NCBI GenBank assembly: GCA_013265495.1
Contig: MU058337.1
Coordinates: forward strand, 6,554,716-6,618,715
Direction: 5' to 3'
DNA length: 64,000 nt
DNA from: Vicugna vicugna
Lineage: Eukaryota
How positions within the stretch are numbered: the stretch's first letter is position 1; each line of letters opens with the position of its first letter. A program made the translations under genes and the position numbers. Below, piece by piece: positions 1 through 13,900 of the stretch. The notes under the pieces were generated by a model that was not told the DNA's origin, ran no database searches, and saw only the letters and a list, made by a program, of their open reading frames with translations.

Positions 1-761
1 CAGGCAACAAAAAAGGAAACAGGGGAAATAAATGTAAACTTTAGAAAATTCTTTTCATAAACATTTTCTTCTCTTATAAATAGGAAAACTAGAAGACCAT
101 AGAATTAACATATCTCCAGAGGGTAGTCTCAAGAGTTACACCTGCAGCTGATCAATGCCTCTAAGGAAGTTCTATTTAAAAGGAAAAGAAAAGAAATTAA
201 AATTGTCTTAATTGAAAAAAACTTAAGTAACAAAATTTCTGAAGATTTTCAGGTGGCACAAGGAAGAGATTTTTTTGTGTAGGAAGATCTTCCCTGAACA
301 TTGCGAGAGAAATAGGTCTTGCTTCCTAAATCCTGCCACGATAGAAAGGTCTACAAAAAGCTTCCTGCCCCATCCCCTTCTCCTTTCAGTCTCAGTGGAA
401 CCCAAGAATGTCTTGGAATACTAATCATATGTTCCTGGTTGGGCAGAACAGTCAACCTGAATGACCCCGCTTCCAGGCTGCCCAGACTCAGATCCAGCTG
501 GTCTTTAAGGTTCTAGTCATCTGTAGTTCCAGGGCTACCATGACAAAGGCCTGCTCTCTATGCAGCTGAAAGGGAGACATGAAGAGTCAACTTCTGGCAT
601 AGCCAACCCTGCCCCAGGTCACTTATAGCCGAAGCACACAGATTCTGAGAACCAAAAGAACTCTTGGAAATAATCTAGCTTAGCTACAACTTAGGAAAAC
701 TGAATTTCAAATAATATTTAGAAAAGTATATTCTATTTTAAAATTTTCACTTAATACTTAC

Positions 762-894
762 ACAGAGTCACAAATGTCATAATCAAAATCTGTGTTCCTG
801 ATCCTAGAAAGACGGATAGCAGCATCCCTTTTCTTGGAGGACGGAATATATCACCATGAACTAACTTCCAGCCGAATTCTTCCTGGGCATCCTC
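762..894 (-). CDS. TM9SF2: TM9SF2 exon 10 (gene continues beyond left edge)
   Basis: ttttag|GAG; EDAQEEFGWKLVHGDIFRPPRKGMLLSVFLGSGTQILIMTFVTL, with the GWKLVHGDxFRPP nonaspanin motif; donor GTAAGT; 133 nt. Confidence 0.97.
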
Positions 895-1329
895 CTAAAA
901 AGGGAATTAAATCGTTTAATTGTCATGCGGTATCACCAAGAAAACTAGACAGCTTGTTCACTGTTGAATATGCAGATATAGAATTTTTTTTAAATTATAA
1001 ATATTAATATTTATTCGTTTTGACGTACAAAGCTTGACTCATAGAGCTAAATATAGCTTTCTTGAATTGTTTTTAAAGGAATGTTGTATGTTAAGGTATA
1101 TAAATATAGTTACTGAGAAACTTTAAAAAGAAATACAAAGACAACATGATACTCACCTATTCTACTCTAAGTCAAGCTTCATAATCCAATTTGATGACAA
1201 TTTTTAATCATATTCTATCCTTTTTAACCTACAATTACTAATCTCCAAAATAAGCAAATGGTATTAGGTCTCACAGCTACTCTGCTTATATAGTAGGCTT
1301 GGCTGTAAAAATATTAGTAAGCTTGTGTC

Positions 1330-2200
1330 ACCAGCCCAAACTGCTCCCCTGATCTCCAGATAGATAGATATATATATACATACATACACACACACACACA
1401 CACATACACACACACACATACAATACACCTGCCTGATCTACAGCTCCACTCAGCTGTTTAAATGGACACCTTAAACAGAATTATCCGTAACATGGACTGA
1501 TTCTCTCTCGTGCCCCTACTTGCTCTACCTGCAGTCTCCTCAAGTAGATAAAAACTCTATCCTTCCTGTTGCTCAGTTCCCAAAACCCTGAAGTCATCTT
1601 TGATGCCTCCTCCTCCCACCCCCACACTTCACATACAATCCTTCAACAATTCCTATAGCTCTAGCTTCAAAATATATCCACAGGATCCACTAGCAGCCCC
1701 TGGTTCAAGCCATCACCTCTCACTTGTCTATACAGTATTCACTAAACTGGTCTCTATTTCTGCCCTCATGTCCATTCAGCTGATTCTCAATACAGAACCA
1801 AAAAGATGCTTTTAATTAATCAGGTGGTTCAGACCAGAAGCACGGGGTCATCCACTGACTTTTCTCCCTCTTCCACACTCTCCACAGTCAACTGGTCAAT
1901 CAGTATTTTATCCCAATTCCTGAACACCTTCTGTATCAATCTGTCCACCTCCCTACTTCTTCCCTGCTACCATCCCCTGTCTCGGGGAACTCTGTAACAG
2001 CCTCTTAACTGGTCTCTGTGCCTCTAATCCTGCCTGGCTCCGAAGGATTCTCCACATAATGTTCAAAGTGATTTTCCTACAACGTGAATCTGGCCATGTC
2101 ACTGCTGTTGAATATCCTTTAAGACCTTCTCAATGACCTTCAGACTGCACAGCTTAGAAGGCCTTCTAAATTTGGCCCCTGATGTATTTTCAGCCTCCTC
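1330..2200 (+). mobile_element. L2 fragments, with a (TAGA/TA/CA)n microsatellite at about 1358-1420
   Basis: L2 3' motifs CCAGCCCAAAC..CTCCAGA, AACAGCCTCTTAACTGGTCTC, CATGTCACT. Confidence 0.7.
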
Positions 2201-3494
2201 TCTTAACATTTCCTTCAGCATACATCTTTATCTCTCCCCCAAATTCTCAAATTTCTATCTTTGCAAGCTGTAGACAAGATTTAAAACAAACTTCCCATGT
2301 GTTCTTCTAGTATTTTATACTTTCACATTTTCATTTAGATCATTAATCATTTCAATATAAGGAATAAGGTTGGAATCTACCTTATTTTTTTTTCCAAATG
2401 GCCACCCACTTTGTCCAATACTATTCATCAAATCTGTTTTTTCCCTTGTTCATATACTTTGTTAACTTCCAAATTTAGACTCATTATTATTATACACAGA
2501 AAATGTTTACTTGGAATTTCTTTGTTCACCAATTCTAAATCTCTCCTTAGAATTGTTTTTTATTTATTTTACTTTCTACTAATTTATTTCTATAGAAATT
2601 CCTTCAGGTCTGATAGATCAATTCACTGCTAAAGTATTTCTACAAAAATTGCTTCAGGTCTGTTTGTGGTGAACTGTTTTTGTTAATATGAAAAAGATTT
2701 TTCACCTTCATTCTTGAAAGATAGTGTCTCTGGGTACATAATTCTATGTAAATGGTTTATTTCTCTCACCACCAATTTAAAGATATTACTTTTTGAGCTT
2801 CCACCGCCAATTTAATTGTTTTTCCTTTGTAGATGCTCAGTCTTTTTTCCCTCTGGCTGATTCTAAGATCTTCTCCTTTCTCTGGTGTTCTGCGGTTTTT
2901 CCCAGTTGATCTAGGTGTGGATTTCATTTTATTTATTCCACTTGGGATATAATGTGTGTCCTTTATCTATGGATTCTTATCTTTTATCTGTGCTTGAAAA
3001 TCCTAGTTGTTTTTCAGATATTTTATACTCTATAACTAATAGTCCTAATATCTGAAATCTTTGGGACCAGGACTGAATTTGTTGTTTATTGTAAAATTTT
3101 ATAAATTTCTGATTAATATACCATTTTTTATTGACCGTAAATGGGGTGAATCCTGCAAATCCAAATTTGGGAGACTTTGCTTCAAAGGATTTCTACTTGA
3201 TTCTGCAGAGAATCAGAAGGCATTTACCAACCTAGAATGATTTTTCTCCCCTTCAGAATTCCCCTTAAGAATCCAGGCTTAATACAGGAGAGACTGAGGT
3301 TCACCACTGACCTAAAGTTTAACCTCCCACTTGGTTAAAGACCTGATATAAGAACTGCTCTCGTGCTTGCATTGCTTCCTACTCTGGCCTCAGCTCACTT
3401 CTAGGGGGATGGGGTTGGGGGAGTCCCTGAATACCCTTTTTACCTATCATAAACCCAGCAATGCATCAAGCCTGGTTCATCAAGGACTAATTTA

Positions 3495-4070
3495 TTTATT
3501 CATTCATTCAGCAAGTATTTGTTGAATACCAGCTACATGCTTGGCACTGTTTAAAACACCAGAGATACCACAGTGAGTATAACAGAAAAATTCCTCTTCT
3601 CATAAGCACATGTTCTCACTGGAAAGGGGAACAATAAATAAAATAAGTAAAATAAATAGTATATTAGATGGTGACAAGTGCTATAGAGAAAAATTAGGAA
3701 GTATGGATGTGGGGTTTGGGATAGGGGTGGGGAGGAAGGTCTCACTGGGAAGACCATATCTCAGTAAAGACCAGAAGGTCGTGAGGGAGCCATCTGAGGG
3801 ACAAAAGACTGCAGGAAAAGAAGAAAGCAAGTGTGAAGGTTGGGAGTGGGAACCTGCTCGATGTGTCAGCATGGCTGGAGCAGAGCTCGAAGTGCCACCG
3901 CAGAGCCTTACTGGCCACTGTAAAGACTCTGGCTTTCACTGAGTATTATGGAACTCACTGAGGGGCTGTGACTGGGAGTGAAATGACCTGACGCGTCTGA
4001 ACAGATCTCTTGAGTGCTATGGTGAGACTGGCAGGAGGAAAAGAACGGGAGCAAGATTGGAAATAAGGCT
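3495..4070 (-). mobile_element. L2 3' end
   Basis: TTCATTCATTCAGCAAGTATTTGTTGAATACC terminus followed by typical L2 antisense sequence. Confidence 0.75.
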
Positions 4071-4850
4071 GCCCTGCCCCGACTCCCAAGGCACCTGTGT
4101 ACAAATTAAGAAAAAAATTCCATTAATTCAGCAATGATTCGGAATCGCCAATTATGAAGAGTACTATGAAAAGAAACTGTAGGGTATAATTGCTAAAAAG
4201 TTTCTAAACATTAATATGTTCTTTTTTCTAATTTGAACAGGACAGAAAGATTGAGGGGGGAAGGCTAAGAAGCTGGGGAAGAGAAAACAATGAAAATCTC
4301 AGTTTTAAGTATTCATTACAAGTCACTGATTCTTGGGGAAATTCTGTTAAAGAACTGCTATAAAATGAAAAAGTATAAAGTACATAACATTATGCAACTT
4401 AAAATGAGAATAAATGAAGTTGAGACATTAAATTACCTTGAATACACCAGAAGGCTGAAAGAAATTCAGTTAAAATTAATTTGAAAAAATTAAACATAGA
4501 CACAAATAAAAATTGCTTTGGAGTTTCCATTCATCTTTGCTGCTTCACAAACTGAGTGTATGCTGGAAACAGAGACTGAGAGAGCTGATGGCACGTATGT
4601 GAAAAGAGCAGACAGAGCTGGAGCTGTGCAGTTGCACCCATTCCACAGATGAGGCTGTGAACAGTTCAGCTCTGAAAGGTGGGGTCAATAAATTTCTCCA
4701 GAATACCAATTCTTAAGGATCATTTTCTTATATGAAAATGTGAATTCAAGGTAACTTTTGAGAAGAATGTTTTAAAATTTAAATTTTTTCCAAAGAAAAA
4801 ATAAAGACTACCCTTGGTAGACCAAACAATAGTTCAGATGTTTCACTTAC

Positions 4851-4959
4851 CGTAGAATCCATCTGATTGTATCTGGCAATATCTTTGTGCAGCGTCCGTA
4901 GCATAATCATAGCCACCATTCCAGACAAGAAGAGGACAATGACCAGGGAATTCATGATG
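4851..4959 (-). CDS. TM9SF2: TM9SF2 exon 9 (first transmembrane helix)
   Basis: ttatag|C; IMNSLVIVLFLSGMVAMIMLRTLHKDIARYNQMDST; donor GTAAGT; 109 nt. Confidence 0.97.
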
Positions 4960-5751
4960 CTATAAAAGTAAGTACGTCAGGATTAATCTGTAGTAGCTTA
5001 ACCTTCAGAACAGCACAACTCTTTTTTAAAAACTGTTTATTGAATAACATTGAAACATTGAAACATTAACCAGATTAAAAAATCTGACCTACAATGCAAC
5101 AAATTCAATGAACTGTGTTCTGCTATGTGGCTTTATAGAGGATACATAACTTTAAATACTCCTAATTTTGTGATCTGTTGAGAACTAGAATTCTCTCTGT
5201 CCATGGTCAACATTATTAAATAACCACTGTGCCTGAATCAGGGCAACATAAGCTGCCAAGGATCAAAAATGGACTGGCCTGTGCCTTCAAGAAATCTACT
5301 GAAAAACAAAGTTACTTAGGAATTAAATGAGTGTCAAAAAGATTAGTCAGCAAAGTAGGAAAAGGAGAGTGATAGCACCATGAACAGCTTTCTAAATAAA
5401 AGCCTTGGGTCATGATTTGAAGAGAGAGTAAGAATAATAAACATCGTAAATGCCACAGCAGCTTCCATGCCAGGTAAGGTGCTCAAATGCTCTGTTTCAT
5501 TACCTCCTTGAAGCTTCAGAACAGTCCCATGAGACAAGTTATTTCTGGATGAAGAAATGGACTCTGAGAAACTGGGTGTACAGCCTGACTCACAACCAGT
5601 GCCTGAAAGCCAGGACTGAACCCAAGTCTATCCAATTTAAGAGCTCAGCCTTTTGAATATCTGGAGAAAACTAGAGAGTGAATGAAATATTCAAAGGGAC
5701 AGAGAAGAGGGTAAGAACAGAGCATAAGGGAGATTAACTCTATACTCTTAC

Positions 5752-5831
5752 CTAAACCACTGAATGTGGGTATGAGGCATAGATTCCAGGATGTAGTCCC
5801 ATCTAGATGCCCACCTGATATGTTTATCTTC
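5752..5831 (-). CDS. TM9SF2: TM9SF2 exon 8
   Basis: ctctag|GAA; EDKHIRWASRWDYILESMPHTHIQWF(S); donor GTAAGA; 80 nt. Confidence 0.97.
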
Positions 5832-5943
5832 CTAGAGGGATTAAAAAAAACTCTTTAAAGAAGAATTTGCTAACAGTGTACTGAGAGTCCAAAACTTCCA
5901 TTCACAGCTTAACGTTCTATTCAGTCAAGAAATGCAATTCCTT

Positions 5944-6057
5944 GGGGGTAGGGGATAGCTTAGTGGTAGAACATGTGCTTAGCATGCATGAGGTCCTGGG
6001 TTCGATCCCTAGTGTCTCCATTAAAAATAAGTAAATAAACTTAACCACCCCCCCCAA
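5944..6057 (+). mobile_element. tRNA-Ala(AGC)-derived SINE (camelid Vic-1-like)
   Basis: Head ...ATAGCTTAGTGGTAGAACATGTGCTTAGCATGCATGAGGTCCTGGGTTCGATCCC, then AT-rich tail. Imperfect TSD AAGAAATGCAATTCCT (5927-5942) / AAGAAATGTAATTTCT (6058-6073). Confidence 0.88.
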
Positions 6058-7006
6058 AAGAAATGTAATTTCTCATTATAACTTGGGTTAGTCATGGGAT
6101 TCATGGAGCTAGATTTACTCAAGTCTCAGGAAAATCAAGATGAACCTAAACAGTAAATAAAAAATAGTAACAGTCCTTAAAAGCACATAGTTACTTGTAT
6201 TTTTAAAGGTCTTTTCCTTTAAATGTTAAATTAGCAAAGGCTTATTCTAAATGTCAATATTTAGGGTTGTATTTAATTTTTTCAGAAAATCAAATGGAAT
6301 AGTTTATTCTTTATTCTCTTTGGTGCTACCTGTTTATACCTATGAGACACACCTAACCAGACCAGAGTTATAACCTAGGTACCCTGAGCATTTTGCAGGC
6401 GTCACCCACACTGAGCTCTTAATACCTAGAAAGAAATATGTACTATTTACTGTGCTAGGCTTGCAAAACTACACACTATATGGGGATAGTAAATGTTATA
6501 ACTACACTGAATTGCCAAGGTAGTTTATTAAAAATAGAGGTGGAATATTGCCCAAAATTCTCATAAAATGAACTTTTACTTTCCTCCTTAGAAAACTCTC
6601 CCTTGAATTCCCTAAGAATCTATACAGATCATCTACCATCAGGAAATTCTCCATTTAAGCTTATATTCAAATTCTGATTTTAAAAGTGGTGTTTTTTCCC
6701 AAATGCCTGTTGTACATCTTTGACATTTTCATACCCTATGCCTATTTTCTATCTTCTGTCTTGTTTGTGTCTCTTATGGCTTAACACATAATGAGGCTCA
6801 GTTCTCTAATTCCCTAAACTTATTTAAATGAAGACTTAGTTTTGAGTATGATCATTTTGTCTGGTACATTGATAAACTATTCCAAAAATCAGCTCATTAA
6901 AAGCTTATCTATTTGACAAGTTTAATCATTAACATGTTTAATTAGTTTAAGTAATATGAATTTAAAATCAGTTTCTGAGTTATACTAAAGATAAAAACAC
7001 ACTCAC

Positions 7007-7118
7007 CTGGAAGCTAACAGAGTAAGTATAGGCAATTTTGATCTCCCCAGAAGCCTTGTTACTTATATCCATGGGGGGTCCAGAGCAGTCTGGTTTATCT
7101 ATATGGGTATGTTTGAAG
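7007..7118 (-). CDS. TM9SF2: TM9SF2 exon 7
   Basis: cccacag|C; FKHTHIDKPDCSGPPMDISNKASGEIKIAYTYSVSFQ; donor GTGAGT; 112 nt. Confidence 0.97.
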
Positions 7119-8038
7119 CTGTGGGAAGAAACATTTTGGTAAGATGCTGATACAGTAGTTTTTCAAAATGGGGTAAAGTAAAGGTTAGAGATTTTGTACA
7201 TATTTCACAATGCTGCTAACAGTCAAAAGTGATTTATGTCCCAATGAATAGTACAAATATTTACTTCATATAAATATAGGGCTTAGTTATAAGAATGTGT
7301 ACAAAATTTTTAAACAAAATTAGATACAAACTTGAAAATATTACTTGAAGAGTATTAAATAATCTTCAAAGAAATCAAAACAAAACAAACACTGAGGCAG
7401 TTTAAATTAGCCACCGTCTTATTATGGCATGCATTTCTTTACCACTAGAGGCAAGAGAAAATGGCTAAAGCAGTTGAGGGGTGAGAAAGTCATGGAGAAA
7501 AAATAATCAAAAAAGGATCTCAGAAATCACTGATAGGTACTTCACACTAAAAAAGTTGACACTTTGAAGAGATGCCTTTTCAAGAAATGACTTGTCACAT
7601 ACTGGCATCTAACACTGCATGGAAACTTTTGAAATAACACACTAATCAGCTCACTTGGGCCTCTGAGGAGAGGTCAAGTTGCAAATATCTGAGGCAATGC
7701 TTTTTCACTATAAAAGGGAACACTGTCCTAATCACTCATGTTCTCCATTCCAAGCTGACATGAAAAAGCTGTCAAAAACTGACTGAAAAACAAAACAAAA
7801 AGTCACCTTAGTCTGATTCCTTATTATGACAGGAAAACAAGTATTTGTATGGTTTCTCTGGACAACCCATAACTCAATAACAAGTCATACTAAAGGGAGT
7901 TTTAGTAAAATCAATTAAAATATCTAATTATATGCCAGAATACTAATTAAGGAAAAACTTAATTTGGCCCCAAATATTTATTCTTTGAGTCTAAGTTTCA
8001 CTTGCTGTTACATTTATTTTTATCTATTGTATAGTTAC

Positions 8039-8163
8039 CTTTTTGGTTCAAGTTTAGCAGCCACTAATCTTGCTCCCATGGACCCGGTTTCAACAACATG
8101 ATAGTATATTTTGATGTCAACATGGTTGAAGATGTAAAATGTATCTCTTTCGTGGAATTCTGA
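8039..8163 (-). CDS. TM9SF2: TM9SF2 exon 6
   Basis: ccacag|TCA; SEFHERDTFYIFNHVDIKIYYHVVETGSMGARLVAAKLEPK(S); donor GTAACT; 125 nt. Confidence 0.97.
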
Positions 8164-8312
8164 CTGTGGAATAGAACTTAAAGTTAAATGGTGAAAACTG
8201 GCTATAAAGAGTCAAAACATAAAACTTTAAGCCACAACAAGTAGGAAAATTTGAACTTGGACAGAATTTTAATCCTTTCCCATAAAAATGTGTAAGTTTA
8301 GAGCTTAAATTC

Positions 8313-9885
8313 TTTTTTTTTTTAATTGAAGTATAGTTGATTCACAACGTTGTTAGTTTCTGGTGTACAGCAAAGTGATTCAGTTATACAAATATATATA
8401 TACAGTCTCTTTCATATTCTTTTTTGTTATAGGTTATTACAAGATACTGAATATAGTTTCCTGTGCTATACAGCAGAACCTTATTGTTTATATGTTTTGT
8501 AAATAGTAGTTTGTATCTGCTAATCCCAAACTCCTAATATATCCCTTTCCCCCACCACCCATCTTTCCCCTTTGGTAACCATAAGTTTGTTTTCTATGTC
8601 TGTGAGTCTGTTTCTGTTTTATAAATAAGCTCATCTGTATCATTTTTTAGATTCCATGTATAAGTAATAGCATATATTTGTTCTTCTGTATGACTGACTT
8701 CATTTAGTATGATAATCTCTAGGTTCATCCATGTTGCTGCAAAGGCACTGTTTCATTCTTTTTTATGGCTGAGTAGTATTTCATCATGTATATATGTGTG
8801 TGTGTGTGTATATATACACCCCACAACTTCTTTATCCATTCATCTGCTGTTGCACATTTAGGTTGCTTCCATGTCTTGGCTATTGTAAATAGTGCTGCTA
8901 TGAACAGTGAGGTGCACATATCTTTCCGAATTAAGTTTTCATCTTTTCCAGATATATGCGCTGGAGTAGCACTGCTGGATCATATGGTAACTCTATGTTT
9001 AGTTTTTTAAGGCAACTTTATACTGTTTTCCATAGTGGCTGCACCAAATTACATTCTGACTAACAATGTAGGTGGATTGCCTTTTCTCCACATTCTCTCC
9101 AGCATTTATTATTTGTAGATTTTTGGATGATGGCTATTCTGACCAGTGTGAGATGATACCTCACTGTAGTTTTGATTTGCATTTCTCTATTAGTTTTTTA
9201 TGCTGAGTACCTTTTCATGTGCCTATTGGCTATTTGTATGTCTTCTTTGGAGAAACGTCTGTTGAGGTCTTCTGCCTATTTTTTGACTGGGTTGTTTGTT
9301 TTTTTTGTTATTCAGCTATATGAGCTGTTTGTGTATTTTGGAAATTAATCCCTTGTTGGTTGCATCATTTGCAAATATCTTCTCCTAGTCCATAGGTTGT
9401 CTTTTTGTTTTGTCTAGGGTTTCCTTTGTTGTGCAAAAAACTAAGTTTGATTAAGTCCCATTTGTTTATTTTTGGTTTTATTTCTATTGCCTTGGGAGAC
9501 TGACTTAAGAAAACACTGCTACAATTTATGTCAGAGAATTGTTTTGCCTATGTTCTCTTCTAGGAGTTTTATGGTATCATACCTTACATTTAAGTCTTTA
9601 AGCCATTTTAAGTTTGTGTATGGTGTGAGAGAGTGTTCTAACTTCACTGATTTATATGTGGCTGTCCAGCTTTCCCAACACCACTTGCCGAAGACATTGT
9701 CTTTTCTCCATTGTATACTCTTGCCTCCTTTGTCGAAGATTAGTTGACTGTAGGCATGTGGGTTTATTTCTGGGCTCTATTCTGTTCCATTGATTCATAT
9801 GCCTGTTTCTATGCCAAAACCATGCTGTTTTGATGACTGTAGCTTTGCAGTACTGCCTGAAGTCTGGGAGGGTTATGTCTCCGTA
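8313..9885 (-). mobile_element. 5'-truncated L1 (ORF2 C-terminus, 3' UTR, poly(A))
   Basis: Poly(T)-TTAATTGAAGTATAGTTGA end. ORF2 remnant FIAALFTIAKTWKQPKC at 8725-8919. TSD AGCTTAAA(T/C)TCTTT at 8302-8315 and 9886-9899. Confidence 0.93.
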
Positions 9886-10799
9886 AGCTTAAACTCTTTA
9901 TAAGCCAAAACTAACTGGTAGAGTTACAAATTATACTTCTTCAATGTTTTAATTCTTCCATAAAACTGTAAAAGTACCTGAGAACATATCTAGTATTGTC
10001 TAGCTTTTCCTTTATGATAAAAATAACACATTTAAAAATATTACGTTATGAGCATGCTAAATGCTATACACTTGAATACTTTTTTCCCATGGAAGTTTAA
10101 AACTTTAGAATAAACCAATAACCTAAATTATTCAAGAGTCAGTGGTCAACTCTCAGAAAAGTATTAACCAATATAGCCAGTTTCATGATTGAGTTCATGC
10201 TAACTTCTACCATTCATTAAGAGATTAAATCAGGTTGACCTAATTATACAAAATGTAATATATATACCAATAATTTAAATTACTTTCTAAATGAATATCT
10301 TCACTTTATTATTTTGTTTAATTATAAAAGAATGGCCTCGAAGATTGATACCTTTTGGAAAAGGTATAATGCCAAACTTTTGCAATACAATAATTTATGA
10401 ACTAATTTTGAAATTCACAATACACATTTCATGGACTTACAATGAGGTCTTTTTGGCAGTCCACTATGAACATTTTTTTAGTATGTAAGATTTATGAATC
10501 TAACTTTTAAATAGAGTCAGAACATACAAGTCTTAGCCCAAAGCATAGTGTTTAGCATAAAAGAGATACTGCCAGTAAATGTTGAATTCAATCTCAATTA
10601 TTTTAGCTCTAGACTTATAAATTGTTAATCTGGCTTAAGTTTAAAGATCTAAGTAGTTGTCCTTCAGAATATCTGAATAGTATGCATTCAATGAATTAAC
10701 AATTTTTGTCCACAATTATTTGTCCAGATTTAGACTGGACTCCTTCTACCAAAAAGCTGTATTTTTAAAAGTAGCAGAGTTAGTTTATCACGAACTTAC

Positions 10800-10929
10800 A
10801 TTAATAACACAAGCATCTTTTGCATGGCCTTTATCTGTAATGTAACAGCCAATAGGAAATCCAGGATTACAAAATCTCTGACCATCTTCAACATCGTAAC
10901 ACCATGTTACAGGCATATTATCCACAATC
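10800..10929 (-). CDS. TM9SF2: TM9SF2 exon 5
   Basis: gtgtag|G; IVDNMPVTWCYDVEDGQRFCNPGFPIGCYITDKGHAKDACVIN; donor GTAAGT; 130 nt. Confidence 0.97.
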
Positions 10930-13900
10930 CTACACACAGAAATAAAAGTAAAGTTAGAAATCACCAAACACAGCTAAGAATTACTCTGCAAATCTGTGTC
11001 ATCACTTTGTAAAATTTAAATGCCTCAAAATGTCAAACCTATTATCAAAGAATTTTGATAAAATGTGGTTACTTCATAAGTAATAGTATTATGTCAACAT
11101 CTGCCACCCTGTTATGAGGAAAAAAAACTTTATAGCTTCTTTGAAAGAGAGTTTTATAAATTAATTTATTGCGATTGCTAATTTAACAATATCATTATCT
11201 AGATACCTAAGCACAATTTACCAGTGGAACACTTAAAAGCACCAAATAGGTGTGAAGCAATATATTTAGTTCCTTGGGAACAGTTCATGCAACAGCATAA
11301 AACAAATGCCTTTTATTACTCAGGTAATGCAATAAAAAGGAGACGAATATAACTTCAAGATATGGGACAGTATTCAACTTAAGGGACAGGTGAAGAAGTG
11401 AAAATTATAGTATCATCTATTAAAACTGTAAATTCAACCTATGTCTAAAAGAAATGCTGTTACAAAGTCACAGAAAGAAATCTTTCAAGTTCTATAATGA
11501 AAAGAAACTTTTTTTTTAAAGGATAAAAGTAAAGAATAAAGTTCTGTAGTGCTGTATAACTACATTAAAATCTGAGCATGGGGTCCCTTATGCCCAGAAC
11601 ACACCACAGGATACAAAAAAAAAAAAAAATCACTAAAAATATACTAGCTGTATTACAGCCATAAGACAACACTCCAGGGTATGTTTTATTTGTTAATTAA
11701 TGTATGCCTTAGGAAGTAAAATTATGATTCTATATTCACCCAAGGCATACATTAACGACCTAGTAAAACATGTCTTGTCACACTTAAATGCTATTTAATA
11801 GTACCCAATGTACTAAATTTTAGAATCACCAACACTTACATTGTTTATTATTATAACCAACAGGCTAGTAGTCCCCAAGAAGACTATAAAATATTAGAAG
11901 CATGAAAACCGTGCTATACAATATAAATAATGTTGGATTTTCTGGAGACCTCAAGAATCAGTTAACTGCTTTTCTAGATAGACAATGACATTCAATCAAT
12001 GAACATAAACTAGCAATTAATTATTATATCTTTATGCTATCATAGAGAAAGTACTACATAAAATTATAGTGTTAGTTATAAAATGAGAAATTAAGGGGTA
12101 ATTTAGGTTTTTTTAAGGTGAACACCCAAAATTTATCATTTATATAATGCCTTGACATAGTAACCTCTTCCTGGTGAGTAAGATCGAAAAAAAAAAAAAT
12201 ACTAACCCTTGGAAATAAAAGTAAAAAAAATTAAAGAATGTAATTTTCAATTACTGTCTTGCTAAGCTGGGGAGGAAGAGTTATTGGAATTTAAAATACC
12301 AAAAACATTAAAAATCCTATTTTCAATCTGATACAGGGAAAAAAATGTTAAGAAAAGGACTCAAAGGTTAAAGGTCAAATGACTGGCCCCAATTTTTTTT
12401 TCAACATGAAGGACTCCCTTCCGATTATTTCCCTCTACCTCCATGGGCGCCATCTGAAACACTTCTATCAATCAAGCTTCATTTATTAATAACTCATTTT
12501 CTCAATAAATTAATTTCTAGAGTCTCTGATCAGAATGGAATAACCCATGTTGCTCCAATACACTCAAAAATTTGTAGCCAAATGCAAAGAAACTTGGCAT
12601 TTAGTTTATTTTATGTAGTTTTAACATAAGTTAATTTTTAATATCCATTAGGATTTTGAATTTTTGAAAACAGCACATCATTCCCCTTTGCTAGCGTAGT
12701 GGGATCCAGGATTGGAACTCACTAGACTAAAATATCTTCAAAGACCCCTTTCTGTCCAAAAAGCTAGAGTCCAGTGGTTCTGTGATACTCAAAAAACTTA
12801 GTACTTTGATAACTAGATAGATAAATTTTACTTTTATAAATAAAAAGTCACAAAGACTTGGAAACTTAGGCAAACAGTATAATCACAAACCATGCAGAGT
12901 ATAGGAAATTCAAGTGTCTCGTCCTGGTATCAAAACATTAGTCAGTCTCAAGGATCAAGAAGTAGCTTAGGTTATTGACAGAGTAAGCCAAGAAGATCCT
13001 CAAATTACATTCTGAAGTCCCAAATAAGAATTAAAAGTATTCAACAATTTAGATATGCAAATTAACTACAGCTAATTAACTGACTTCTCTATAAGGAGAA
13101 TAATGAGTTGGTATACTAATAATCAGTTTTTTAATCATTCAAAAGGTAGTATGGTTAAAATGTTAAGGGGAGAAAAATTACAGTTCATTTATGCCACGGA
13201 ACGCTATCTAATTACTAAAAGAATGAGGTAGATGTGGATCTACAGATGTGCTTTACATGGAAAAGTGCCCCTATTTTCTTAAACAAAATGATCAATTTGC
13301 AGAATAATGTGTACAATATTTCAGTTGTTATTTTATATACCTGCATATGTGTGGAAAATTGGGAAATATATCTGAGAAATAATAGTGCTACCTTTGGGGA
13401 CCAATACTAAAGAAGCTAAGGGTAGTAGAAAACTCTTATTTTATTTAGTATTTTCCTTCACTGCTTTTTTTTTTTCCACAGTTGTGTACACTTTGTAATT
13501 TAGAAAATAATGAAGTTCTCTCCAAAATGTCTTATCACAAAGGTTAATAAGATGTGCTACATTCACAATAAAATTCCATAACAGAATACATTATTTTTTA
13601 AAGATCTTTCAGATTTCTAAAGATTTATGCTATTTTATCTCTGTCAACTCTGCTATCTATACTTAAAATCAAGTTTCACAGTAAAAATTTCTGAAGTAAG
13701 TCATGGACAGAAATATACTCAACTAGTGGTTCACATAAATTCTTCAACAGGAATCAACATTTTCCAAATGTGTAATAAACTGATTTAAGGACTAAAGCCC
13801 ATTGCTTAGAATTACAAGATTATATATCTGTAGATATGGCTTAGATTTTTTGTTAACAGATTCAGACTTGAGATCATAAACTTCTCTGATTCAACTAAAA

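Noticed and set aside
223..516. Short ORFs left of exon 10 as possible TM9SF2 exon 11
   Set aside because: They do not encode the expected FACLGFLSPANRG continuation; exon 11 lies outside the window.
5944..6020. tRNA-Ala gene (also at 23963, 26819, 57200, 58790)
   Set aside because: Diverged stems, shared non-tRNA tails and TSDs indicate SINE copies, not functional tRNA genes.
7442..7453. CTCF-like CCACTAGAGGCA (also partial matches near 46927 and 54510)
   Set aside because: Each lacks part of the core (missing G or leading CC), so too weak to call.
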